64,000 nucleotides of DNA, from contig NW_026974140.1 of the NCBI RefSeq assembly GCF_037042905.1, forward strand, positions 4,216,001 through 4,280,000, read 5' to 3'. The position numbers were made by a program, and so were the translations under genes. Positions 11,992 through 23,257 of the stretch are shown here, piece after piece (position 1 is the first letter of the stretch; the number at the start of each line of letters is the position of its first letter). The DNA is from Lytechinus pictus. Taxonomy: Eukaryota. The notes under the pieces are model-generated. The model saw only the letters and a program-made list of their open reading frames with translations. It had not been told where the DNA came from and did not search any database.

Positions 11992-13022
11992 AACAAGTGG
12001 AATGCCTCTGGCTGTCTCACCTGCATCACGCGATTCAATATAGCAGCAGTGCTGACTTTGAAAACTACTATAAAATAATTATTCACAAAAAACACCATTG
12101 ATATAATGATACAATACTACATTCATTTGACCTTGATCATGTGATCTAAAACTTGTCAGTGATACTTGATTACCCCTATATCCATATTTTATACACTATA
12201 TCTATAACCTTTGAAAGTTATGACAGCAATCTAATAATTACCTCTAAAATGGCCAAAGTTCAATGACCTTAAATGACCTTTGACCTTGGTCATGTGACCT
12301 GAAACTTGCACAAGATGTTCAGTGATACTTGGTTACTCTTATGTCCACGTTTTATGAACTAGACCAATAAACTTTCAAAGTTATGATGGTAATTCAACAA
12401 TTACCCCCAATTTGGCCAAATTTCATTGACCCTAAATGACCTTTGACCTTAATCATGTGACCTGAAACTTGCACAGGATGTTCAGTGATACTTGATTACT
12501 ATTATGGCCAAGTTTCATGAATCAGATCCATAAACATTCAAAGTTATGATGGTAATTCAACAAATACCCCCAATTCGGCCAAAGTTCATTGACCCTAAAT
12601 GACCTTTGACCTTGGTCATGTGACGTGAAACTCAAGCAAGATGTTCAGTAATACTTGATTAAACTTATGTTTAAGTTTCATGAACTAGGTCCATATATTT
12701 TCTAAGTTATATGATGACATTACAAAAACTTAACCTTAGGTTAAGATTTTGATGTTGATTCCCCCAAAAAGTGGTCTAAGTTCATTGACCCTAAATGACC
12801 TTTGACCTTGGTCATGTGACCTAAAACTCAGGCAGAATGTTCAGTAATACTTGATTAACCTTATGGCCAAGTTTCATGAACTAAGTTCATATACATTCTA
12901 AGTTATGCTGTCATTTCAAAAACTTAACCTTAGGTTAAGATTTGGTGTTGACGCCGACGCCGCCGCCACCATCTGAAAAGCGGCGCCGATAGTCTCACTC
13001 TGCTATGCCGGTGAGACAAAAA
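11992..13022 (+). mobile_element. Helentron-associated (HINE/DINE-1-like) element with internal ~163-bp tandem repeats
   Basis: AACAAG start, GTCTCAC at 12014, units with TGACCTTTGACCT at 12274/12437/12600/12796, GCC microsatellite, terminal hairpin GTCTCAC..GTGAGAC followed by an A run. Confidence 0.7.
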
Positions 13023-13283
13023 TAAAAATATGCCGTTTCCTTCACCATTGGACCATAATGCCTGAAGAAAAAGATTTACATACAGAATACCTTAAATTAT
13101 TGATATAATAATTAGCATAAAAACTCCATTAATGAAATCAGATTACACCATAAACCCCATTAACAGTCCCCATAAATCAATTCAGAAGATAAAATGTTAA
13201 TTGAGCACCAACACCGCCAATCCTAGGTTCGTATCTCAATGAGAACATGCTAGTGAAATACCAAGCAACATACCACTACATAA

Positions 13284-14319
13284 AGGCTTTCACATCCTAC
13301 TGGGTACCCATTTAACACCTGGGTGGAGAGTGGCAAAGTGTGGATTAACGCCTTGCCAAAGGATGCTAGGCCATGGTGGGATTCGAACACACGACCCTCT
13401 GATTACAAGGCGAGAGTCAGAACCGCTACACCATGACGTTTCTACTTGATAATAAATAGTACTCAAAAACAAATCCAATACAACACAGTTCAAGAACTTG
13501 GTGGTTATAATAGTCTTGATATCTGGGATTAAAATTGGGGGGGGGGGTAAAATGTAGTATTATCTTTTAATACTCCCTGAAATAAAGAGGCATCATTAGT
13601 AGTTAATTCTACTGTATATTGGATATTAAAATCACAAATGATTAATTGCATATTAGTGATTAAGGAAGACATAAATCAAAGTTCAAGTCATAGAGGCTTT
13701 CACATCCTACCGGGTACCCATTTAACAACTGGGTGGAGAGTGGCAAAGTGTGGATTAACGCCTTGCCAAAGGACACTAGACCGCGGTGGGATTCGAACAC
13801 ACGACCCTCTGATTACAAGGCGAGAGTCAGAACCGCTACACCATGACGCTTCTACTTGATAATAAATAGTACTAAAAAACAAATCCAATACAACACAGTT
13901 CAAGAACTTGGTGGTTATAATAGTCTTGATATCTGGGATTAAAATGGGGGGGGGGGGGTAAAATTTAGTATTATCTTTTAATACTCCCTGAAATAAAGAG
14001 GCATCATTAGTAGTTAATTCTACTGTATATTGGATATTAAAATCACAAATGATTAATTGCATATTAGTGATTAAGGAAGACATAAATCAAAGTTCAAGTC
14101 ATAGAGGCTTTCACATCCTACCGGGTAACCATTTAACACCTGGGTGGAGAGTGGCAAAGTGTGGATTAATGCCTGCCAAAGGATGCTAGACCATGGTGGG
14201 TTTCGAACACACGACCCTCTGATTACAAGGCGAGAGTCAGATCAGAACCGCTACACCATGACGCTTCCACTTGATAATAAATAGTGTCTTAAGGAAGACA
14301 TAAATCAAAGTTCAAGTCA
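13284..14319. repeat. ~410-bp tandem triplication, each unit carrying a minus-strand tRNA-derived SINE fragment
   Basis: Units start at 13284, 13694 and 14105; B-box GTTCGAATCCC on the minus strand; third unit lacks about 195 bp. Confidence 0.9.
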
Positions 14320-17013
14320 ATGTCAATTAAAGTCGAAGTCCAAATTTACTTTGAGATATAATCCTGTTATTTGATGAGATAAACCAATCATTATCAAATC
14401 CCTGCAGTATTTTCTAGCACCAGATACCGATTGGTAGAAAATGAATTGTAACTGGTCATACTTAATTGCACATAATGACTTTAATTTTGAGTTTCTGCCT
14501 GCATTGTAATGTACATAAAGTTTTGAAGGAAAAGTTGAGATTTCAGATATCTGCATTTTGTGTATTCCATGCTTAGTACAGTTATACTAAGAACATCGGG
14601 GAAAATGCAGGATCCCCAAATCTAAACCACTTTTACCCACAGACAGTTAGAGACCAATCTCTCTCTGATTTTGATCTATGGCAATATCTATGGCCCTAGG
14701 TGCCTGGATCACTTTAAATGTCACCTTAACTTCAAAGCTTTAATGATGATCTGTCAAGCCTATAGTCATCACAGGAATTCACTACTTGAGTTTAATACAT
14801 GTATTTGCACAATGACAAAAAGGCCTTTCCAAAGAAGGTATTAGTTTAGTATTAGTTTCCAAGGACATAATTAAAGGGTCAATTGAAGTTGATGGTTAAA
14901 TATCTTGCACTACATACAGTATACATTGTAATTGTATGCATCTATCTACTCATTTGCTTCAGAGGTTTGAAATGTGAGCCACGCTGAATGCAGCAATTTT
15001 ATAACTGTGTTCCAAAACCATGTCAGACTGAACCTTTCTAAACCGCCATAATTATAGGTTTCAATCCATGAGCGATGGTGATGTGGCCTATTTTTTCCAC
15101 GCGTACAAAGAAGCCATATCCAATCCCCATTGACCAATAAACATTGATTTTTTTTAAGGCAAGATCTATCAGTACATACATGAAAAGGTGTTTATTTATC
15201 TAGAAATTGGAAATTATGCTTCCTACTATTTTGTTTTCTAATCAAATGAAATCTCACTTTCTTTGTTGTTAATAATACAGATCAAATAGGGGTGTTAAAA
15301 TAATGTATATCATTTGCAAAGATCTGTAGGGTGAAGGCAAATTTTTGGTGAGATCTAATGCCAATGACCAATCAAGATCATCGTTACGTGCGCATGTTGT
15401 TCAATACACTGACCAGGAACCAATCAGAGTGGTTCTTTCACATTTGCAATGCACTGCAAACCTTTATATTACAGGACCCTGATGGGGATAAGATGAGGAG
15501 CTCATAATTGATATACATGTACATTATGGATTGCACACTAATTATTACAATAAACTTCTTCATTTTTTCTCAAAATTTGCCAAAAAAGGTTATGTTTACA
15601 CATAGGCATACCATTCTTGTTTAATAAAGGAAAGGGAACGGTAGATTTCAAAGGAAGAATGGGCGGCAACAAATAAATGCACATACAACATGCAGGCCAT
15701 TTGTATGCCAGGAACGGTTTTCATGCAAAAGACATTCACAGGCAGATATGTATAAAATAGGGATAAAACTGAATTACATCTATTAAAATCAACATTTTTT
15801 ATAATGTACATGTACCTAAAGGGCAATAAAGATATACAAAATTCAACGACAAATCAATCTAGAACTCTTTCTTCAATGCAAACAAATTTCGGCAAATATG
15901 TCGTCCAATCTAATTCAAAAAAGGATAAAAAATGCAAATACAGTGATTATCTAAAATTGGTATTCACTGATGCAGATGGGGTTTTATGACAAATTTTCAT
16001 AAAATGTTATTCTATTGTTCATGTATATAAGGCCAAGAAAGGTTCCAACTCCCCCTCAAAAAGAAAACTGAAATGGAAACCCAAATTTCAGGGAAAAAAA
16101 TGACACCATTCCTTGAAGAGAGAAAATACTATACCCGCCATACCATAACTTATCTAAAAAATTACGCTGTGTGTATCACAAATTTATCTAGTATTACTAC
16201 AGATATTAAGTGATGCTTGGTACACTGAGAATTTTAAGTACCTAAGAACTTCAGGATTGTTGAAATGTTATTATTATTAATTTCATAGATCATCGATCAA
16301 CAACCTTTATCATATTTGGGAAGTACGCCCCCTATTGTTTGCTGATATATTCATTAGTGTTTTTTGTATAATTATGAATAATTTGTGTGTCAAATGAGGT
16401 GACAAAGTGAACTAACTAAGAAATACCTGTTACAATTGGCTTTCCATAGTTAAGTTTAGACCAGAGTTTAGATTAAACCAGAGTTCAGAAGATGAGCCCT
16501 CATATCCAATTCAAAATTATGTTTCAAAATGACAAATTTCAAAAGCTTCCACCCATATTAATATCCACCTACAAAGATTGTACAAACATTGTTCCACTAC
16601 ATTAACAATAATAACTGCTCTGTCATTATTCAGAACAGAGGAAGGAAACAAGCAAATTGTCAACTGCAATCTATTAGTGATACCAAGGTTAGGGGGTTAG
16701 ATCTACGCAATGTTAATATAACCATGCACATCTACAATTAGTCAGGAAAAAATATCACATATTAGTTGAAAGAAATATCCATACATAGCACACAAGGGAA
16801 CCAGCAAAAAACAACCAATGCAGTTTGGGAGTCAGTGGCATTCATCAACTACTTACCAATACATAAGGATATCTGTTTTCCTGTCAAATGGAATCAATGG
16901 AGTGATGCATGGATAAAGATGTCATGATAAAATACTGATGAGAATATAAAACTGCTGATAATACTGTTATTGAATTATGCCATGCCTGATGTGCAAATAT
17001 GATATCAAAAGCT

Positions 17014-17103
17014 TCATCTGTAGATTATAACATGGATTTAATAAAATTTACTCCTATCATCTGTAGATTATAACATGGATTTAATGAAATTTACTCCAAT
17101 CAT
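17014..17103. repeat. 43-bp tandem duplication
   Basis: TCATCTGTAGATTATAACATGGATTTAAT repeated at 17014 and 17057. Confidence 0.85.
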
Positions 17104-17956
17104 GGATAATAAATTTATCCTTCATCATAATACATACTTTTCTTCATTCAATAAAGATATTACATATGTTGAATTACCATGTTGGTTCTATGAATATCAA
17201 TGCATAACACTTTAAAGGAGGTTGATTTCAGATACCACCTCAGTATCACAGGTGGTGACCTACTTTGTGACATCTCAAGTCAACTAATTAGTTTTACTAA
17301 TTGATTCTACAGGAATTACCCTTTCCAAATATTGCCAATATCATAAGAAAATGAAACAAGAATGGAGATTTGTTGCCACAAAACTGTTTCAAACAAGTGA
17401 AATGATTTCTTTGAAGGGTGGGTATGGAGAGTAGTTTAATTCATTACAGATAGACATGATGTGCATTGGATTGAAAATAAATCTATAATCCAATATGTCA
17501 GATATATATATCAAACACAAAAACAAAATGGTCTCAAGATCAATTATTGGAATATAATTAAAATATGAATGAACAGATGAAATAAGATGTCATATCAATA
17601 ATTTCACCTATCTTTCAGAATTTTTTATTTCAACTTTCAAATTTTTTTTTTCAGTTTTGAAATGTGTTTGGAGTTGACAAGAATACATGTGTGGTTCTGG
17701 AGGGGATTTAACTTTGTAGTGTTTTCAAAATGTTGCCCCCATCCGATAATTATGGAATAGTAAGGTCAACAAATTTGAAAATGGGGGCAACATTCATCAA
17801 TATGATTAAACAAAAATAAAACAAAACAAAATGGACCAAGTTAGTAAAGCAAATCCTTAGAAGTTTCCCAGATATTCTCTGAGACCTTCTCCATATTTCA
17901 AAAGATATAGTGTAATTCACAAAGATATGTTCAGTGAAATAGAGATAAATACTTAC

Positions 17957-18095
17957 TGCAGCTTCAATCTCTGAGTTGGCAACAATGATGACGTTTGGAG
18001 GGTCTCCGATGGCTGTAGCTGTACCTCCTATGTTTGAGAAGATTACTTCAGCTATCAACACATGCCTAGGATCAATGTTGAGTACCTCACAGAGG
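17957..18095 (-). CDS. OCA2: OCA2 exon ([46 protein letters not shown])
   Basis: AAG acceptor after a pyrimidine tract, GTAAG donor; NIGG..GDPPN signature. Confidence 0.93.
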
Positions 18096-18601
18096 CTTCA
18101 AGAAAAACATAAAAAGAGAAGGAAAACAAAAATACTGCTTGTTTGTTCTACAAAAAAAAAATATATCAATGTGGAAAAAACTGGTGAAGTAAAGTAAGAA
18201 AAAGGATCGATATCACACATTCAATTTAATTTCAATTTCTGCATACCATCAATAAATCAAGATCTTGGTTAGAGGATCTACTTAAACTATTAACTCCAAA
18301 TGCAACTTAAATTCAAGTTTAATCGCATGTAGTTGCAGCAGCTGTAGAAATAGAAGCAACAAGACCTGGAAATATATTTACATATTTTCCCCGGGTAGCT
18401 GCCCCCAAATAAAACAAACATACATGTATGAGCCTTCACATGAGAGAAATTAATAAAAAAGAAAAAGAAAATTATTTGTGGTATAACTTTCTATTGAATT
18501 ATGGAGAAGGGGGGGGGGGAGGGGCTATCAAGACACCCATTGTACATGATAATGTGGGGTGATATGCAACACACCAATCACATGTATCGTATTATTCTTA
18601 C

Positions 18602-18783
18602 CTAATAGTGACAGGGGTCATGAGTAGAATGGTAGTGACATTGTCCAAGAAGGCAGAAACAATACCAGAGAAGAGACAAAGAATGGTAACCAGCGTCCAG
18701 ATCTTTCCCTTAGCCAACTTGTAGGAGAGCAATGCACAGTAGTCAAAGAAGCCAGTCTCAGAAAAGATGGCTACTATTGTCAT
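18602..18783 (-). CDS. OCA2: OCA2 exon ([17 protein letters not shown]...[18 protein letters not shown])
   Basis: CAG/GTAAG boundaries, SAFLDNVTT motif. Confidence 0.96.
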
Positions 18784-19072
18784 CTGAAACAGAAAATAAA
18801 AGAAAAAGGAATATTATATACTGCGCTTCTACTCTGCCTCCTTATGTCCTTCTTGTTTATGATGATAATGATAATATGCAACATTTGTATAGCATTAACA
18901 TTTCCAAAAGCTGCATATCATTACCCTGGCATTAGCATAGCTCTCCTGATCAGATACTCACACATTTAAGGAATTCCTTCCTGGGTGGAGAGCGGTGAAT
19001 GTAGTGACAAAATTTTCCCCTATCTATTCTTCTCTACTCAAATCTTTAAAGAAATCCAAGAGTCATTGTCAT

Positions 19073-19204
19073 CTGGGAATCATTTCATGAAACAGTGATT
19101 TTCACCAACTGTTATAATCTACTGAAATCCTTTGCATCTGATTGGCTAAGAAAGAAGTAATCAGTGGAAATCACTGACAAGTCAATTTATGAAACACTCC
19201 CCAG
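19073..19204. mobile_element. Short MITE of a CCAATCAG-core family (relatives at 22380-27712 and ~63528-63670)
   Basis: CTGGGAATCATTTCATGAA ... TTTATGAAACACTCCCCAG inverted ends. Confidence 0.65.
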
Positions 19205-19228
19205 ATCATTTGATATTTAAGCACTCAC

Positions 19229-19366
19229 CATTCCCCAGAGTAGAGCGAGAACATCATAATCTAACCATGACATCACAACCTCTAAAGGTGGACGTGCGTT
19301 GTAGCTTGTCAACACAGCTAGTGTAGCAAAGGATCCTATCATGGCAGCTGTGGTCCTATGTACTAA
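19229..19366 (-). CDS. OCA2: OCA2 exon (LVHRTTAAMIGSFATLAVL...WLDYDVLALLWGM)
   Basis: CAG/GTGAG boundaries, VHRT motif, phase 0-0. Confidence 0.95.
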
Positions 19367-19811
19367 CTGGAAACAAAACATGGACAATTTAATACTGCAC
19401 CTGTTTGATCTTGGTCTATTCAGGGTTCATACAAGAATATAAAAATGCAAAGAGTTTTTTAATGAATATTCTAGTACTTTTCATTCATTTCTAATGGCTA
19501 TAGCCCCCCCCAAAAAAAAAAAATAAATAAATAAAAATAAAAATAGGAAGTAATAATAAAAAAATAACAATGACAAAAAGGAGAAAATAATAGCAGTCTC
19601 AATTATTTAGTGCAAAAATGGTTATTCAACATTAAAAAAATCCGGTTTCACAGAGCAGTTATATTGCCTAAATTATGATGTCACTAGATACACATACAAA
19701 ATGTAAGTTAAACACAGCCAAAGAATGAGCTTGATGTGCTACGTGGTATTAAACTTATCCTCATATTCCTAAACATACACAACAATGGAGCAGTCTGACA
19801 CTATGACATAC

Positions 19812-19971
19812 CTCAAATCCAATCAGGACATATACAGCAACTAAGATAATGGCAGCCCAAACCACCTCTTCATTTGATGATGAGGGTAAGAGGGTGTGGT
19901 CCGTTTGCATGGTTACCAAATCATCAATGTTGCTTTCAAATCGCAGCTCATAACTGGTATTATGACCACAT
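19812..19971 (-). CDS. OCA2: OCA2 exon (CGHNTSYELRF...EVVWAAIILVAVYVLIGFE)
   Basis: TAG/GTATG boundaries, phase 2-0; end of luminal loop plus TM2. Confidence 0.9.
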
Positions 19972-20843
19972 CTAACAGAAAGTGATTGGAAATCAAGTAT
20001 CAGTATTTTTATCATTCTAATAATATTTGTATAGACAAGATGATAGCATGTCCTTGTATCAATCAAATATTGCAAAATAAATATGAATAGTGGACAGTTC
20101 CCTATTAAAATGACATAATTGGCAAAATTGCAAGTTACATGTATAAAGAGGAAGGGTACTTCTGACATTATACAAAGACATTATACAAATGCATTATGCA
20201 AATGCATCATTTCAACAATTAAATTATCTTCATCTCAATTGAATTGCTTTTGATGGAGATGTCAAGCTCAAACTTAGTATGATTCCAATGTTATGATGTT
20301 CAAACATTACCTTTGATTCTATAGATGTCTTCAATACAATGTTCAAATGAGGGATATGAAATTGTTAGTTTTCCAAATATGTTTAAGGGGGCTAGCCAGT
20401 CTGGTAAAGCTAGTGTACTCTGCACATTGTAATTCAAGTGATATTTTGTCAATATTAGTACATGCACATTACATGCATCATACTTTAAAAGACATATTTT
20501 TTCCAAATGTTTAATTCATCATTAATTATTGTGTTTTGAAGAAAGCAATGATGAATCATTTTTTTCATTGTACACACAATAACCTCTTATTGTTTATAAC
20601 AGCATATTTTTGTGAGATTGATCCACAAAAAAGACTAAATAAATACTTTTTACTTGCTCCAAACATACATGTACATGAAAATTGCTCTTTATCACATTCA
20701 TCTGAAAGACTCAGTGTAATATAGCTGGTATTTCATGGAATTAGGAATAAAGTATAAAAGTTTGGCAATGAAATAAAGTAATGCAAATTGAATATCTTCA
20801 TGTACAGGTACAATTATGTGTTACACTATTTATATGTGCTTAC

Positions 20844-21078
20844 CTTTCTTTAAGATTAGAGTATTTCTTCTCTATTTCTTCCCAGTAAATACTTTCTGAT
20901 AGTGGATATTCCCGATAGACGTTATAGACTTCTGAAACCTCATAACAAACCTCTTGAAAGTTGTTATAGCCAACCAGTCGGACTGTGATATTCTCTGTTG
21001 AGTTGCCTAATTCTACAATTGGACCCTTAAAGTTGACTTTTATTATAACATTTCCGCCAAGATCTGATATTTTAGAGG
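20844..21078 (-). CDS. OCA2: OCA2 luminal-loop exon (SKISDLGGNVIIKVNFKGPIVELGNSTENITV...YSNLKE)
   Basis: Stop-free 235 nt, phase 1-2, N-glycosylation sequons NST and NIT, GTAAG donor. Confidence 0.85.
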
Positions 21079-21575
21079 CTGGTCCAGTGGGTAGGATTAA
21101 GGAAAATATATGTACACTCTACAAATTAGATTGATGCATTGCCACAGGATACTAGCCGGGTCACCATGGGACTCAAACTTAGTACACAATATTGGTTTAT
21201 TATGTATCACTTCTAATAATATACAAAACAAAGGAGTTACTAATTGAGCAAAGGTCACAAAACGCCACAAATTTTTACGGTTACTCCCCCATTATTGGAT
21301 CAGAGAAAAGTGTCATTCAACATTTTAACCCTTACCAGAAATTGTTTTCCCTTGTCTTAGTATATCATATTGTAACTATGCCTATAGCACTGGCTGAACA
21401 AAAAGCGGTATTGTGTGAACATGACAAACATTAATGTAGGATGATATATTTCCCAAATCATGGTATTACAAAAGGAAATCTTTTAATGTAATCCAAATAT
21501 GCAACATCATCCAGATCTTCTTCTTTGTTTTGCCTGATTATTGATATAGATAGGAAACCATTCTTTGAAGGATAC
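21079..21575 (-). other. U12-type (minor spliceosome) GT-AG intron
   Basis: 5'ss GTATCCTTC; branch site TTTTCCTTAAT (21106-21096), branch A about 18-19 nt upstream of the CAG. Confidence 0.85.
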
Positions 21576-21648
21576 AATAAGGATGATCATGTGATATAGA
21601 GAATATTTCAAGTTGAGGCAGTACTTCATCTTTCAAGGTAAAGAATAC
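21576..21648 (-). CDS. OCA2: OCA2 exon (VFFTLKDEVLPQLEIFSISHDHPY)
   Basis: Pyrimidine tract plus CAG acceptor, 73 nt, phase 0-1. Confidence 0.85.
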
Positions 21649-22461
21649 CTGAAGAAAAAAACGAGAATCAAATAAAAAAAGATTAAGAATTAAACTGATT
21701 ATACAAATTTCCCAATTAGCTAATAATGTTATAAACTAGCAATGAAGAATTATTTTGTGATGGGATATTACACCGAATGGCTTTTGATACTTCCAACGGT
21801 AAAGTGGTGAACTAATAATGGGAAAATCTAGTTTCAATGTTTATAAAACAGCTCTTTAGAATTCCAAATCAATGATACTCCTTGCCATCGAGACTCATTT
21901 TACTTTTTTTTTACTTGGGGTGGAGCTGGGAATGAAAGGTCTAAATCCCCCTCTAATGAATATTCCTTCAATGACATTTAAAAACAATGTTAATCTGTGA
22001 TATATTCCAATTTGGATTTCTATAAGAATCTCATTTAATTTCCCAGAGTTAGAATAAATTGAAAAGTCATGTTAAACTTCAAAAACAGGAAACGTGGCAT
22101 ATATGGCTTTCCTTTCGTACCACTCAGGAACCTGCCTCTCACATCAGGAATTGGATGGCCTCTTGATCATGCAGGCATAAAATAGGATCCAAAATAGGCA
22201 GAGCTGCTACAAGTAGCTTTTATCATTGCCCATTTCGGTGATAATTTACAGACCAATCAAAGAGACTTTACAAAATTTCACATACAATCTAATATAGGTT
22301 TATCAATGTATGACTATACAGGGAAATGTTTGAATTAGGAAGGGTTCACATTGAAGTCTCCCTGACAGTCTAGGAGACCTGGGAAACATTTCATGAAACG
22401 ATTACTCAGTGATTTTCACCAACTGATTTGCTCTCAGCCAATCAGATACAAGGGTTTGCAG

Positions 22462-23241
22462 TAGTGCTGTTATCGATAACCTCTTATTGCTAGTCTTGTC
22501 GATAATCGCATGTTTTTTGCCACTGAGCGATATCGATAACTTTTCTCTCGCTGTCGATAATACCCATGATTATGTAGGGACATGACAGTGATTTTCCGTG
22601 ATTGCGGAAAGTGGCTTTTCAAACAGAAATTCACAAAAAACATATTTTTTCCCTCAAAATGCACAGAACAGCAACAGAAATTACTCCAAAATCTCAACAA
22701 AATATGAACATTTCCCAGCCACAAAATATGATCTCACTTCGCTATAATCATGACAATCCAAACATCGTGACTGCACTCGACTCCATTCGATCGTATCAAA
22801 AACATTCACAAGCGCCAGCTTAATTTTAGCGTAGAAGGCAGCACACGGCCGTGTTGCTGCCCTCTACATTTGAAGATGTACAGCACGATATGACGGATAG
22901 GCGAAAGTCGTTGACCGCTCAATACGATGTCTAAAGAGCCTCCAAATTATCAATAAAACTTCATCCAACCCTAAAATAATGCTAGTAACATGAAAGGTAA
23001 GGATGTATTTATGCTGAATATATTTGTTAAAAGATGTTATGTAATCGTTTACATCCGATGATTTTAAAGTGTTCTTGGTACAGTGGCAGATACAAATTTT
23101 GACCAACGCGAGGATTGTGACATCGCTAATCAATGCATAAAAAATGCATATTGATTACGTGCTTTTGTCAATAGTTATCGATATCGGTAAGATATTTTAG
23201 CGATATATCGACAGAGAATTTTCTTACCGATAACAGCACTA
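22462..23241. mobile_element. hAT-like non-autonomous element
   Basis: TIR TAGTGCTGTTATCG; decayed 8-bp TSD GTTTGCAG/ATCTGCAG; subterminal ATCGATA repeats. Confidence 0.75.
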
Positions 23242-23257
23242 ATCTGCAGTAGCTTAT

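Noticed and set aside
12120-12950. CRISPR-like array
   Set aside because: Eukaryotic context; whole units repeat with no unique spacers and there are no cas genes. The same applies to 53247-53650.
18096-18098. AAG acceptor as a sign of pseudogenisation
   Set aside because: AAG is a rarer but valid acceptor; the pyrimidine tract and reading frame are intact.
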